64,000 bases of DNA, taken from Candidatus Latescibacterota bacterium. Lineage in GTDB: Bacteria > Latescibacterota > UBA2968 > GCA-2709665. The stretch is from the NCBI GenBank assembly GCA_965219455.1, contig OZ244744.1, positions 5,024,001-5,088,000 on the forward strand, in the 5' to 3' direction. Positions 29,154-39,874 of this stretch are shown here, piece after piece. The position numbers and the translations under genes are program-made. The notes under the pieces were generated by a model. The model had not been told where the DNA came from, ran no database searches, and saw nothing but the letters and a program-made list of their open reading frames with translations. Positions within the stretch are counted from its first letter, which is position 1; each line of letters opens with the position of its first letter.

Positions 29154-30935
29154 ATGAAGATATTGAAAGGCATCCAGGCATCGAATGGTATCGCCATCGG
29201 TCCGGTTTATCTTCACGACCCGGAGGAGCCGTGGGTGGACTACCGGCGTATCGCGGAAGATGAGGTCGAGGGAGAGCTGCGGCGATTTCTGGATGCGCTC
29301 GCTTCCGTAGCGAAAGATCTGAAGAACACACGGGTTCGGGTCGAGGAGAAGTTGGGTCCGGACCACGCCCAGATATTCGATGCACATCTGATGATCCTGG
29401 ATGATCCGGCACTGAGAGAGCCGACCATGGCTTCGATCCGGAAGGATCGGGTGAATGTCGAGTATGCGTTCTGGCGGACCCTTCAGAAAGTGCGCCGGCA
29501 ATTCGATGCAATTCCGGACGACTATTTCAGGGCGCGGCGTGCGGATATACTCGACATCGAAAAGCGGGTGCTGGCCGGATTGTGCCGGCGGGAAGATTCG
29601 TTGCTGGACCGGATGACCGCCCCCGCGATCCTGATCGCACACGAATTGACCCCATCCAATGCGGCACGCCTGAAGCGGGACAGCGTGTTGGGCATGGTCA
29701 CCGAAGCGGGCGCGGCAACTTCGCACGCGTCGATTATCGCACGTGGGCTCGAGATTCCGGCGGTTGTGGGTGTCGAGGCGGCCCTGGCGTCGGCCGAACC
29801 GGGCGATACGGCCATTGTGGACGGGAATCGTGGGCTGGTCTGTATCCGGCCCAATGCCGAAACGCTGAGCCGGTACCGTGCCGAAGCCCGCAGGTTCATG
29901 GAGACGCAGAAGGGCCTGTTGAAGTTCGCCGACGTGCCCACCGAAACACTCGACGGCGTTCGCGTCAGTCTGCAAGGCAACATCGAACTGCCCGAGGAGG
30001 GGCGGTCCGTGCTGGCATACGGCGCCGAAGGCATCGGTCTGTATCGTACCGAATACCTCTACCTCGCGGGATCCAGACTGCCCGACGAAGAAGCGCAGAC
30101 GGCCGCCTACACACGGCTTGCCGAACAGATGGCGCCTCATCCGCTTGTGGTGCGCACCCTGGACCTGGGCGGCGATAAGCTGGCGCAGGATTTCCTCAAC
30201 AATGAAGAGACGAATCCGTTTCTGGGCTGGCGCGCCATCCGCCATTCCCTGGCAAACCGGGATCTGTTCCGGGTTCAGTTGCGGTCCATCCTCCGATCCA
30301 GCATCCATGGAAACGTGAAGCTGATGTTTCCAATGATATCGGGCGTGGAGGAATTGCTGGAGGCCAAAGCGGTTCTGGGCGAGGCCCGTGCCGAACTGGA
30401 GCGGGACGGCGTGCCGTTTGACGAGGCGTGCGACGTGGGCGCGGTGATCGAGGTGCCCTCGGCAGCCGTGGTGGCCGACCAATTGGCGCGTGAGGTGAAT
30501 TTTTTCAGCATTGGCACCAACGATCTCGTTCAGTATACCCTTGCGGTGGATCGGAGCAACGAGCGGGTGGCCTACCTGTACGATCCGTTTCATCCGGCCG
30601 TATTGCGTTTGATCAAATCGGTGGTGGACTCCGGCCACCGTCACGACATCCCGGTCACGGTATGCGGGGAAATGGCTGGCGACCCACACAGTTGTGTCCT
30701 GCTGATGGGGTTGGGGGTGGATGGGTTCAGCATCGGTCCGCGTATGGTTCCGGAGATCAAACAGGCGATTCGGTCGGTCACGATGGAAGAGGCCAGGGCC
30801 GTGGCGGAGGAGGCGCTGGCCCTGCCCACCCGGGGCGCCATTCGAGAATATCTTCACGTAGCGTTGTCCAGAATGCGCGGTTTGCGAACGAGACAGAACG
30901 AATTCGATAAAGAGCCGGCCGGTCTCGAAAGTTAA
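29154..30935 (+). CDS. ptsI: PTS enzyme I
   Basis: TSHASIIAR, GIGLYRTE, NPFLGWRAIR, FSIGTNDL, VCGEMAGD. Confidence 0.97.
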   Translation: MKILKGIQASNGIAIGPVYLHDPEEPWVDYRRIAEDEVEGELRRFLDALASVAKDLKNTRVRVEEKLGPDHAQIFDAHLMILDDPALREPTMASIRKDRVNVEYAFWRTLQKVRRQFDAIPDDYFRARRADILDIEKRVLAGLCRREDSLLDRMTAPAILIAHELTPSNAARLKRDSVLGMVTEAGAATSHASIIARGLEIPAVVGVEAALASAEPGDTAIVDGNRGLVCIRPNAETLSRYRAEARRFMETQKGLLKFADVPTETLDGVRVSLQGNIELPEEGRSVLAYGAEGIGLYRTEYLYLAGSRLPDEEAQTAAYTRLAEQMAPHPLVVRTLDLGGDKLAQDFLNNEETNPFLGWRAIRHSLANRDLFRVQLRSILRSSIHGNVKLMFPMISGVEELLEAKAVLGEARAELERDGVPFDEACDVGAVIEVPSAAVVADQLAREVNFFSIGTNDLVQYTLAVDRSNERVAYLYDPFHPAVLRLIKSVVDSGHRHDIPVTVCGEMAGDPHSCVLLMGLGVDGFSIGPRMVPEIKQAIRSVTMEEARAVAEEALALPTRGAIREYLHVALSRMRGLRTRQNEFDKEPAGLES

Positions 30936-31047
30936 GACGGATTCTTTACCAGGGCCACGCAACGCGACACCCGGCATCTGAACGGTTGTTCCCGCGGAAT
31001 ATCCGCCCGGAAGATTTTCCTACTCCACGACAGGAAAAGGTTTATTC

Positions 31048-32214
31048 ATGCAGCGCTTATTTACCTCAGAGTCTGTGTCCGAAGGGCATCCGGACAAGAT
31101 CTGCGATCAGATTTCCGATGCGGTCCTGGATGCAATGCTGGCCGAGGATCGCCATTCGCGGGTCGCGTGCGAGACGATGGTGACAACGGGCCAGGTGATT
31201 GTATCGGGCGAAGTAACCACGCAGGCGCAGGTGGATATCCAGAAACTGGTGCGAAATGTCATTCGGCGCATCGGTTATACGGATTCGGAGTATGGATTCG
31301 ACTACCGTTCCTGCGGTGTGCTCCTTGCCCTGCATACGCAATCGCCCGACATCTCCCAGGGAGTAAGCGAGGGCGAGGGTCTGCACGACGAGCAAGGCGC
31401 AGGCGACCAGGGTATGATGTTCGGTTACGCCTGCCGCGAGACACCGGAGTTGATGCCGATGCCCATTATGCTGTCCCATAAGCTGGTAATGGCCCTGGCG
31501 AGGCTCCGCCGCCGAGGAACGCTTCCCTATCTGCGTCCCGACAGCAAGTCACAGGTGACCGTGGAATATGAGGACGACAGGCCGGTGCGCGTGCATACGG
31601 TCGTGATTTCGACGCAGCACGACCCGAGCGCGCGGCACAGCCGCATTTCCCGCGATATGATTCAACATGTGGTCAAAAAAGTGATCCCTGCGCGTTATCT
31701 CGACAAAGACACGGTCTATCACATCAACCCAACCGGGCGTTTTGTGGTCGGCGGCCCCCACGGCGACACGGGGTTGACAGGCCGCAAGATTATTGTGGAT
31801 ACGTACGGGGGCGTGGGGCGGCACGGGGGCGGGGCGTTTTCCGGAAAGGATCCCAGCAAAGTCGACCGGAGCGCGCACTATGCCGCACGGTACGTCGCAA
31901 AGAACGTGGTGAAAGCCGGGCTTGCGAGCCGGTGCGAGGTGCAACTGGCCTATGCCATCGGGGTGGCCGAACCGGTGTCCATCGTCGTGGATACGTTCGG
32001 TACGGGCAAGATCAGCGATGCGGATATCGCGGCGTTGATCCGCCCGCATTTCGAGTTACGGCCGTCTGGCATCATCCGGGCTCTGAAACTGCTGCGCCCT
32101 GTGTATGAATCCACCGCCGCCTACGGGCATTTCGGGCGGAAAGGGGATGGGTTTACCTGGGAACGAACGGACAAGGCGGAAGCCCTGAAGGAGGCCGCGA
32201 GAAAGCTGGTGTAA
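31048..32214 (+). CDS. metK: S-adenosylmethionine synthase
   Basis: [28 protein letters not shown]. Confidence 0.99.
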   Translation: MQRLFTSESVSEGHPDKICDQISDAVLDAMLAEDRHSRVACETMVTTGQVIVSGEVTTQAQVDIQKLVRNVIRRIGYTDSEYGFDYRSCGVLLALHTQSPDISQGVSEGEGLHDEQGAGDQGMMFGYACRETPELMPMPIMLSHKLVMALARLRRRGTLPYLRPDSKSQVTVEYEDDRPVRVHTVVISTQHDPSARHSRISRDMIQHVVKKVIPARYLDKDTVYHINPTGRFVVGGPHGDTGLTGRKIIVDTYGGVGRHGGGAFSGKDPSKVDRSAHYAARYVAKNVVKAGLASRCEVQLAYAIGVAEPVSIVVDTFGTGKISDADIAALIRPHFELRPSGIIRALKLLRPVYESTAAYGHFGRKGDGFTWERTDKAEALKEAARKLV

Positions 32215-32241
32215 CCATCCGAGGATGGAGAGGAGACAGAC

Positions 32242-33492
32242 GTGGGGTACGAGGTTAGGGATATTGGTCTGGCGGAACAAGGGTTCAGAAATATCGAGTG
32301 GGCCGAGAAGCAGATGGGCGCCCTGCTGAAGATACGGAAACGCTTCGAGCAGGAAAAGCCGCTCAGGGGATACCGGATTGGCATGGCGCTCCATGTTACC
32401 AAGGAGACCGCGGTGCTGGTGCGCACGCTGCGGGCCGGCGGCGCCACCGTATCGATAACCGGCTGCAATCCGCTTTCCACGCAGGACGACGTGGCGGCGG
32501 CGCTCGCTTCCGAGGACGTCGCGGTTTATGCCTACAAGGGTGAGACGCGGGAGGACTATTACCGGTATCTCCGCGCGGTTATCGAGACCCGGCCGCATGT
32601 GACCATCGACGACGGCTGCGACCTGGTGAACGAGGTGCACACGAATTACCCGGATCAGATTCCGGAAATTATCTGCGGTTGTGAAGAGACCACAACGGGC
32701 ATTGTCCGCCTACGCGCAATGGAGAAGGACAATGCGTTGAAATATCCCATCATTGCCGTTAACGATTGCGACACCAAACACCTGATGGACAATTTCTATG
32801 GAACGGGGCAGTCGGCGCTGGACGGCGTTGTGCGGGCGTCCAACCTCTTGATCAGCGGCAGCGCAGTCGTTGTTGTGGGCTATGGCAGTTGTGGCAAGGG
32901 CGTGGCTTCAAGGGCGCGAGGATTGGGAGCAGAGGTTATTGTCACGGAAGTGGAACCCTTTCGAGCGCTGCAGGCGCGGATGGACGGGTTCCGGGTGATG
33001 CCGATGGCGCTCGCGGCCGAGATCGGCGATTTGTTCGTCACGGTCACCGGTAACAAGCATGTCGTCAACGTGGAACATATGAAGGTCATGAAGGACGGGG
33101 CGGTGGTGGCCAATGCCGGCCATTTCGATCTGGAAATCGACGTGGACGGGCTCGAGGCGATGGCAGAAAAGAAGGAGGAAGTGCGGCCTCTTTTTCACGA
33201 ATATACCCTGGACAGTCGCTCGCTGTTCCTGTGTGGCGAGGGCCGTCTCGTGAACCTGGCCTGTGCGGAGGGACATCCGTCCACCGTGATGTCACTGTCG
33301 TTCTGCGATCAGGCCCTCGGGGTGGAATACGGCATCAAGAACGCCGATTCACTGGAGCCCAGGGTCTACCAGTTGCCCGACGAGATTGACCGGGAGGTTG
33401 CCCGGCTGCAACTCGAGGCGATGGACATTCAGATTGATTCGCTCACCTCAGACCAGGAGCGGTATCTCAGTTCCTGGCAAGAAGGCACGTAA
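32242..33492 (+). CDS. ahcY: Adenosylhomocysteinase
   Basis: CNPLSTQD, DDGCD, EETTTG, GYGSCGKG, EGRLVNL..GHP. Confidence 0.98.
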   Translation: MGYEVRDIGLAEQGFRNIEWAEKQMGALLKIRKRFEQEKPLRGYRIGMALHVTKETAVLVRTLRAGGATVSITGCNPLSTQDDVAAALASEDVAVYAYKGETREDYYRYLRAVIETRPHVTIDDGCDLVNEVHTNYPDQIPEIICGCEETTTGIVRLRAMEKDNALKYPIIAVNDCDTKHLMDNFYGTGQSALDGVVRASNLLISGSAVVVVGYGSCGKGVASRARGLGAEVIVTEVEPFRALQARMDGFRVMPMALAAEIGDLFVTVTGNKHVVNVEHMKVMKDGAVVANAGHFDLEIDVDGLEAMAEKKEEVRPLFHEYTLDSRSLFLCGEGRLVNLACAEGHPSTVMSLSFCDQALGVEYGIKNADSLEPRVYQLPDEIDREVARLQLEAMDIQIDSLTSDQERYLSSWQEGT

Positions 33493-33602
33493 ACCGGCCG
33501 ATCCGTCCCGGCACCGTATTGTATTCCCGAACGTGTTTTGGGTCCTGCGAACCGCGCCGGTCCGTCGCCCGACCGCTGCAAGACGGTCCCGGACCCGCGA
33601 TT

Positions 33603-33638
33603 GAAGGAGCCCCGGAGAGAGATCCCCGGGGCCTTTTC
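33603..33638. terminator. Hairpin terminator between convergent genes
   Basis: GCCCCGG/CCGGGGC stem followed by CTTTTC. Confidence 0.55.
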
Positions 33639-33671
33639 ATTGACCGCTGCGGCGGCGTCACAGGGGTCGAA

Positions 33672-34808
33672 TCAGAGATCGAATCTGAGTCTGACGGAAA
33701 GGGTCCAGGCGCCATCGGACCTGTCCAGCCGGCGGACGACGTTCAGTCGGAGGAGCTGCCGGGGAAGTGCAACGCCCAGGCCGGTACTTGTCTTGAAGGA
33801 CCTGAAGCCAAGGTCTCCGAATCCTTCGAACAGGTAGGCGGATTCCGGCGCCAGTCCGGTCCATCCGGTATCCGCGAAGACGGTAAGGTTGAGCAGATGG
33901 AAACCTCTAATGGGGATTCGCGTCAGGACGTCGCCGCGGAAGGCATATTCGAAGTTGAAAAAAACCAGTCGATTGGCGGGGAATTCCTTGATGTCGTATC
34001 CGCGCAGGGTGCCGACGCCGCCGAGCCCGAAAAGGAATTGCGGCGCCGTGCTTTCTCGGGTGCTCAGCCGGGCCCGGACAATCAGGCCCTGTCTTCCGAA
34101 ATTGACCTTCTGATAGCGTTTGGCCTCCATGGTGAGTCCGTGGAAGGCGAAGTCCCGAAGGCCGCGTTCGTAGTTTACTCTGCCGTACCAGGCATTTCGG
34201 AAGAGCGGGCTCCTGACGCGTGTGTCGACCACAACCCCGGCGTGCAGCACGCCGACGTCGCCGGTCCGGGCAGGCGGGTTGACTCGAAATGGCCGGCCGT
34301 GGAAGAACAGGCTCCAGGCCGTTCTGACCGGCATGGGCTCGCATCGGTACGCGCTGAGGCCGCCCAGGAGGACAAGCGTTCGTCGTGGCCTGAAGGAAAC
34401 GTTCGTTGCGAATCCGTTTTTCGCCCGGAAGTAGTCACGGTGGTCCCATTTGAAGAGGACACTGAACAGGCTGTTTTCGATCGTACCGACGATGTCCCGA
34501 TCGTGCGTATCGGTTCTGTCGAAAACGGCGACGGTGAGGCCGGCTCCCGGTCCGCGGTAGTCCACGCCGGCTTCCCACCTGGGCGAGGCGCTGGCGAAGC
34601 CATATCCGCTTTCCGCGAAGACTGTGAGTCGCGGCCGATCTTTCTGGCTGACGGAAAGGCGATACCCCAGGTAGGAACCCTCCACGCGATTGTATCTTAT
34701 TTGGGCGCCGCGGTAGAGTTTCTCCAACCAGGAGAAGTTTTCCGGCTGCGCATGGGCATCGGAGATCCAGGCAAGGATCGGGAGAAGGATAAGAAATGCT
34801 GCTTTCAA
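33672..34808 (-). CDS. Omp85/BamA-TamA-like outer-membrane beta-barrel protein
   Basis: Signal peptide, RYNRVEG, LGGVGTLRGY, amphipathic beta strands. Confidence 0.75.
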   Translation of the reverse strand: MKAAFLILLPILAWISDAHAQPENFSWLEKLYRGAQIRYNRVEGSYLGYRLSVSQKDRPRLTVFAESGYGFASASPRWEAGVDYRGPGAGLTVAVFDRTDTHDRDIVGTIENSLFSVLFKWDHRDYFRAKNGFATNVSFRPRRTLVLLGGLSAYRCEPMPVRTAWSLFFHGRPFRVNPPARTGDVGVLHAGVVVDTRVRSPLFRNAWYGRVNYERGLRDFAFHGLTMEAKRYQKVNFGRQGLIVRARLSTRESTAPQFLFGLGGVGTLRGYDIKEFPANRLVFFNFEYAFRGDVLTRIPIRGFHLLNLTVFADTGWTGLAPESAYLFEGFGDLGFRSFKTSTGLGVALPRQLLRLNVVRRLDRSDGAWTLSVRLRFDL

Positions 34809-34880
34809 GCGAAGTCTCTTGGCGCGGACTGACTGATCCTGACGTCCGCATTTTCAGAAGCGTGACCATCTCCTGCCCTG

Positions 34881-36263
34881 TCAGCGCTCGATATGGTAGT
34901 ACTTGATTTTCTTGTGGAGGTTTGTGCGGTCAACGCCCAGCAATCTGGCGGCCCTCGTGACGTTCCAGGCGTTGTCTTTCAACGCATCCGTAATGTAGGT
35001 CTTTTCGACGGCTTCACGGACTTCATGGAGGCTTTTTCCGGACTCGACTCCTGGCAGTGGAGTGACCGCGCCCGGGGTCTCGCCGGCACGGGCGAGTTGT
35101 GGGCCGTCCAGTCCTGGCAGGTGATGGACGTCGACCGTCTCTTCGGTGACCATGATGGAGAGGCGTTCTATCAGGTTCTTGAGTTCCCTGATATTGCCTG
35201 GCCAGCCGTAGTTCTTCAGAGCCTCCATCGCGACGGGGGTGAGGTCCTTGGGGCGGAAATCGTTTTCTTCGGCATACCCCTTGAGAAAATGTTCCGACAG
35301 CAGGGGTATGTCTTCCTTTCGATCCCTCAGCGGCGGGGCCGTGATGGGCACGACATTGAGCCTGAAGTAGAGATCCTCGCGGAAATCCCCGTTCTCAACC
35401 TGTTGTTGAAGGTTCTTGTTGGTTGCGGCGATCACCCGCACATCCACTTTCAGGGTCTTCGACCCGCCAACCCGCTCGAATTCCCCCTGCTCGAGGGCAC
35501 GCAATACCTTGGCCTGGACGCTCAGGCTCATGTCGCCGATTTCATCCAGGAATAGCGTTCCGCCATCCGCAAGCAGGAACTTCCCATCGCGGGTTTTCAC
35601 CGAGCCCGTAAACGCGCCGCGGTCGCTGCCGAACAGTTCGCTCTCGATGAGCTCCTCAGGAATCGCAGCACAGTTGACCTTGACGAACGGACCCCCGGAC
35701 CGCCGGCTGTTTCGGTGGATATCCCTGGCAACCAGTTCTTTGCCGGTACCGCTTTCACCCAGGATGAGGACACGTCCGTTCGTTGGAGCGACCTTCCCGA
35801 TCTGTTCGCGTACGGACGCGATGGCATTGCTTTTGCCCACCATCTCGAAACGCGTCTCGAACTTTCGGCGCAGATTGCGATTTTCTTCCGTGAGTTCGAC
35901 ACTCTCGAGAGCGTGGGAGAGGGTAAGCAGCACTTTTTCCCGGGAAAGCGGCTTTTCCAGGAAATCATAGGCTCCCAGTTTCGTCGCCACGACCGCGTCG
36001 TGGACGGTCCCGTGACCGGATATCATAATGACGGCCAGGTTCGGGTAGCTCTGCCGGGCGGTCTTCAGGATTTCAATCCCGTCTGATCCGGGCAGGACAA
36101 TATCCAGCAGGACCACCTGCGGCGACTCGGATTTCATCGCGGCCAGGGCTTCCGTGCCGGAGGCCGCGCAGAGAACCCGGTAACCTTCGGCCGAAAGGAT
36201 CATCTCAAGGGACCGCCGTATGTTGCGTTCGTCGTCCACCACCAGAATGGTTGGTTCCGTCAT
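34881..36263 (-). CDS. sigma54-dependent response regulator (NtrX/NtrC family)
   Basis: REC (ILVVDDE, LLDI, FLEKP), GESGTGKE, GAFTGS, WPGNIREL, Fis HTH. Confidence 0.95.
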   Translation of the reverse strand: MTEPTILVVDDERNIRRSLEMILSAEGYRVLCAASGTEALAAMKSESPQVVLLDIVLPGSDGIEILKTARQSYPNLAVIMISGHGTVHDAVVATKLGAYDFLEKPLSREKVLLTLSHALESVELTEENRNLRRKFETRFEMVGKSNAIASVREQIGKVAPTNGRVLILGESGTGKELVARDIHRNSRRSGGPFVKVNCAAIPEELIESELFGSDRGAFTGSVKTRDGKFLLADGGTLFLDEIGDMSLSVQAKVLRALEQGEFERVGGSKTLKVDVRVIAATNKNLQQQVENGDFREDLYFRLNVVPITAPPLRDRKEDIPLLSEHFLKGYAEENDFRPKDLTPVAMEALKNYGWPGNIRELKNLIERLSIMVTEETVDVHHLPGLDGPQLARAGETPGAVTPLPGVESGKSLHEVREAVEKTYITDALKDNAWNVTRAARLLGVDRTNLHKKIKYYHIER

Positions 36264-37756
36264 ATCCTCTCCTCCGGCTCTCTTGTCTGTTCCATGGGAA
36301 TGGGCAGCGTAATCTCAAACTGCGCGCCCCCTCGTGGCGCTCTCGCCGCGACGATCTGGCCGCCATGGCTCTCGACGATGCTGCGGACCACGGCCAGCCC
36401 CATGCCCATTCCACTTTGTTTGGAAGACACATGCGGCTGAAAGATGCGCTCCCGGTCCCTTTCGGGCACGCCGGGGCCCGAGTCCACGACCAGGAGTCTG
36501 ACCGCATTCGGATGACTTTCGGTCTGAATGACGATCCGGCCCTCCTGGCCGGCGGCTTCCAGGCCGTTTTCGATCAGGTTGATGAGTACGCGGCGCATCT
36601 GTTCGGTGTCGAGATCCAGTTCGGGAATCTCCGGCGTGAGTTCGAGTGCCACTCCGGCTTCGGGATAGAGCCGCACGATATCGATAATCACACCGTTCAG
36701 ACTGTGTCTTCCAAGGGACAGCGAAGGCATGCGCGCGAAGTCGGCGAATTCCTGCACCAGTTTTCTCAGGCTCTCCACCTCTTCCGTTACGATTTCAGTG
36801 CAGTCCTGAACAAGCTTCCTGTAGGTAGGATCTTCGCCCGGATATTTGTCCCGGATTTGCTGGACCGTGAGCTGAATCGGTGTCAGCGGGTTCTTGATTT
36901 CGTGGGCCAGGCGCCGGGCAATTTCACGCCAGGCCACGATTTTTTCGGCCTCGACTCGCTGCTTTCGGTTCTGCGTCAGATCTTCCGCCATCCGATTGAA
37001 GGAACCGATCAGAAGCCCTATTTCGTCGTCCCGTCCGGGAGGAATACGGTAGTCCAGGTTGTCCCGGGCCAGTTCGCGGGTGCCTTTGACGAGTTCATCC
37101 AGCGGATGGGTGACGCGGAAGCCGATGCGAACACCCATCAGGCAGGCCAGCAGGAGCAGGACAATGGTTGCAACCAGGAAATAAAAGACAAACTCCCCCC
37201 GAAGGTCGCGCCCGATCATCCGAAGGTACTGATGGGCCTGGACAGCCTGCTCAACACGATGCAGTTCAGCCATGGGGCTTGTGATGACGAGGGCCGCGTC
37301 GGTCGGTCCATTCTGTCGTGCGGGTACGAAGAGTTCCAGGGACGCATCGCGTCCGCCGGCCCTGCGCACCGCGGGGCTGGAAGCAGACGCTTGCAGGTTG
37401 AGCGAGGCTATTTCCTCCTCAACCGCAAACCGAACGCGGGTGTCATCCAGACCATATTTGTCCAGGAAGGTGCGGATTGGCTGAAGGTCTTGCGTACGAA
37501 AGGCTTCCGATGGCAACGGGGATTGGAACAGGCGATTCCCGATGTCGGTAAGTGCGGATTTGCGCCGTTCGTAGTGATCCCTCGCCAATTCAACAGCGTC
37601 GTTCAATGCCAGGCCGGTGCTTGTGCTGATGTTGTCCTGTAACCGCAGGCTGGATTCAAGAAAATGCTGCGCAAGCAGAGATAATGCCAGTGTGGTGCCC
37701 AGCGTCAGGGCGATGAGGGCGATGATGATGCGCCAGCGCAGGGGTAGGGATCTCAT
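36260..37756 (-). CDS. HAMP sensor histidine kinase (NtrY-like)
   Basis: Two TM segments, HAMP, AWREIARRLAHEIKNPLTPI, DSGPG, GMGMGL. Confidence 0.93.
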   Translation of the reverse strand: MRSLPLRWRIIIALIALTLGTTLALSLLAQHFLESSLRLQDNISTSTGLALNDAVELARDHYERRKSALTDIGNRLFQSPLPSEAFRTQDLQPIRTFLDKYGLDDTRVRFAVEEEIASLNLQASASSPAVRRAGGRDASLELFVPARQNGPTDAALVITSPMAELHRVEQAVQAHQYLRMIGRDLRGEFVFYFLVATIVLLLLACLMGVRIGFRVTHPLDELVKGTRELARDNLDYRIPPGRDDEIGLLIGSFNRMAEDLTQNRKQRVEAEKIVAWREIARRLAHEIKNPLTPIQLTVQQIRDKYPGEDPTYRKLVQDCTEIVTEEVESLRKLVQEFADFARMPSLSLGRHSLNGVIIDIVRLYPEAGVALELTPEIPELDLDTEQMRRVLINLIENGLEAAGQEGRIVIQTESHPNAVRLLVVDSGPGVPERDRERIFQPHVSSKQSGMGMGLAVVRSIVESHGGQIVAARAPRGGAQFEITLPIPMEQTREPEERI

Positions 37757-38379
37757 TGCAGATCCTCCGGCGAAAATTGGCTTATTTCGATCCACGGCGT
37801 CCGTTCCGAGGGGCGGTCCAGTGAGAAGAAAAGCTCCAACAGGCTTCCTTTTTGCAGGACATTGAGCCATCGGCGACTACGCTGCTCCTGTTCGATGGAA
37901 ATGGGGGTGACGCCAACGCGAAGACGCAGCTGGAAGTTACGCCCTTCGGGCAGTGGCCCGAACGCGAGCCCATGGAACGTCGAACAGAAAATTCTGACAC
38001 TGTCGAAATTGGTGGTCTGGAGGGTATCCCGCCGGCCGGCCTCACGCACAACCTGGTACCGTCCTTCCCAGATGTCGTGGTCCAGGCGCAGGCCGACGGC
38101 GAACTCTCTTGCTTTCGACTGCCGTTCCGAATCCAACCGGAATTCCATGACCGCGGAGGTGATCAGTCCGGACGCGATGGCGTCCAGCGCACGCCGGGAA
38201 AACAGAGAATCCAGTTTGACATCCAGTCTGAGCGTGTCCGCCTGCAGGTACAGCGTCCGGGCGGCGATAACGACGTCCCCGGCGTCGGAGCGCCCCGGGA
38301 ATACCACAAAAAAAAAGAGGCACGCGCAGATGGTAACGCTTCGCCCGAAAGCCTCGGCTGTGCCTCTATAAGTGTACAT
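37753..38379 (-). CDS. DUF4390-like periplasmic protein
   Basis: Signal peptide, AIASG, HDIWEGRY; conserved position upstream of ntrY/ntrX-like pairs. Confidence 0.7.
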   Translation of the reverse strand: MYTYRGTAEAFGRSVTICACLFFFVVFPGRSDAGDVVIAARTLYLQADTLRLDVKLDSLFSRRALDAIASGLITSAVMEFRLDSERQSKAREFAVGLRLDHDIWEGRYQVVREAGRRDTLQTTNFDSVRIFCSTFHGLAFGPLPEGRNFQLRLRVGVTPISIEQEQRSRRWLNVLQKGSLLELFFSLDRPSERTPWIEISQFSPEDLQ

Positions 38380-38441
38380 TTTGGGAGATTGGTGAGGTTC
38401 TTGTCGTCTGGGAACGTAACCGGGTATGTGGGTCGCTGAAT

Positions 38442-38457
38442 CGCAGATTACGTGCCA
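38442..38457 (-). promoter_or_regulatory. sigma54 -24/-12 promoter
   Basis: TGGCAC-GTAAT-CTGCG on the minus strand, about 60 bp upstream of the DUF4390-like gene. Confidence 0.6.
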
Positions 38458-38577
38458 CTTTGATCTGGATTTCCGGCCTCTGTATTCAGCAGGTTCAGTC
38501 AGGACCGCCCCCTACGTTTTCGGGTGATCCTTCCAGGGGACGGATTCATCCCCGCTTCGCAACCCGATCAAACCGAC

Positions 38578-39867
38578 TCATAAGCCCATATTAATACCGC
38601 CGAACCGGTGGAATTTGACAATTAGAGTGCCCCTTTTCAAGCCGTAGCTGATATCGATCCGGTTAAACAGCAACGCGCCGATACCATAGGTACCGTTTGA
38701 GTCCCGGAGATGCTTTTCCGCGACCGGCCTACGAATCGCTGCCCACTCGGCAAAGCAATAGATCCTGCCGATCGGCCGGGTTGCAATCGCATAGACACCT
38801 TCAATTGAAACAAACTCCGTGCCGCCCTCGGGGCCTATCGCGCGTCGTTCGAACCCCCTGAGTTGATTTTGGCCGTCCAGGTAGAACCGCTCGAAGAACG
38901 GCGGCGATCCAAAAATCAACCCCGCTCGTCCACCAACGCTCAGGCTCTGTCCGGGCAGGGTCGCAAAATGGCGGTAGGCCTCCACTCTGGACCGGAGGTA
39001 GCTCGGGTTGGTGCCCAGGGCGCCGGGGGCGTAGTCCAGCCGGAAGTTGAGATCGAATCCCGGTGCGTTGCCCCAGAACCTCGATGCGGGCTGGCGGTAG
39101 AGTTCGATGCCGAAGGTGGATATGGGCGTGCGGCCCAGTGCCGAGCTGACTTCCCGGGTGAACTCGGGGCCCGAAATGAAGACCTCCGGCTCGTCGAAGT
39201 CGTTGACGCGAATCTCGTCGAAGGCGTAACGGACAACCAGCCGGTATTTCTCGCTGATCGGCTTACCAACGCCAACCGCGCCGCCGATTCTGTCCAGGTC
39301 GTACAGGCCGCGCTTGAGCGGGTCGGAACTGCGATACATGTCCCTGTCGGCTCGTGAAAAAAGGGCTTTCACGTGAAGGGAGATACAGTCGCTGGTGAGC
39401 CAGGGGTCGGTGTAGCTGAATCCGAAGCGCGTCAGACGTTCGCCAAGCGAATACTCGGCGCCAACGGTTTTGCCCTCTCCCCCGAGATTGACGTGGTAGG
39501 CGTCGGCGGCAAGCCCGAATCCGTCCAGTTCGGTGTATTCGAAACTGACGCCGACGTCGCCGAACCGTTTCTCGTCGACGTAAACCACCAGAACGGCCTT
39601 GCCCTGTTCCGTGCCGGGCTTTGGCGCAACGTGCACCGTTCGGAAGAGGCGGGTGCGGTACAGAGACTCCCGGCTGGCATCCAGTCTGCCGGGTGTGAGC
39701 CGGTCACCCTTGTGGATCGGAAGGGATCGAAGGATAATGTCGGCCTTTGTCTTGTGATTCCCGCGAACCTCAATTCGTTCGACCACGTATCCGGTTGCAT
39801 CCTGGGCGTACAATGAGGAATACGTGCTGGCGAAAAGGAGGGAGAGAAGAACAATCGTGCGCCACAT
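38578..39867 (-). CDS. BamA/TamA-family outer-membrane protein with one POTRA domain
   Basis: Signal peptide, IEVRGNHKTK..LYRTRLF POTRA, NLGGEG, RFYLDG.NQLRGF. Confidence 0.85.
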   Translation of the reverse strand: MWRTIVLLSLLFASTYSSLYAQDATGYVVERIEVRGNHKTKADIILRSLPIHKGDRLTPGRLDASRESLYRTRLFRTVHVAPKPGTEQGKAVLVVYVDEKRFGDVGVSFEYTELDGFGLAADAYHVNLGGEGKTVGAEYSLGERLTRFGFSYTDPWLTSDCISLHVKALFSRADRDMYRSSDPLKRGLYDLDRIGGAVGVGKPISEKYRLVVRYAFDEIRVNDFDEPEVFISGPEFTREVSSALGRTPISTFGIELYRQPASRFWGNAPGFDLNFRLDYAPGALGTNPSYLRSRVEAYRHFATLPGQSLSVGGRAGLIFGSPPFFERFYLDGQNQLRGFERRAIGPEGGTEFVSIEGVYAIATRPIGRIYCFAEWAAIRRPVAEKHLRDSNGTYGIGALLFNRIDISYGLKRGTLIVKFHRFGGINMGL

Positions 39868-39874
39868 CGTGCTC

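Noticed and set aside
28986-30977. 663-aa minus-strand ORF and similar long antisense ORFs (33519-34832, 36251-37642, 25142-26218)
   Set aside because: These are shadows of well-supported genes in GC-rich DNA and have no recognisable motifs
30936-31047. SAM riboswitch upstream of metK
   Set aside because: No SAM-I core (ATCNAGAG..GCAACC..GTGC) or other recognisable aptamer is present
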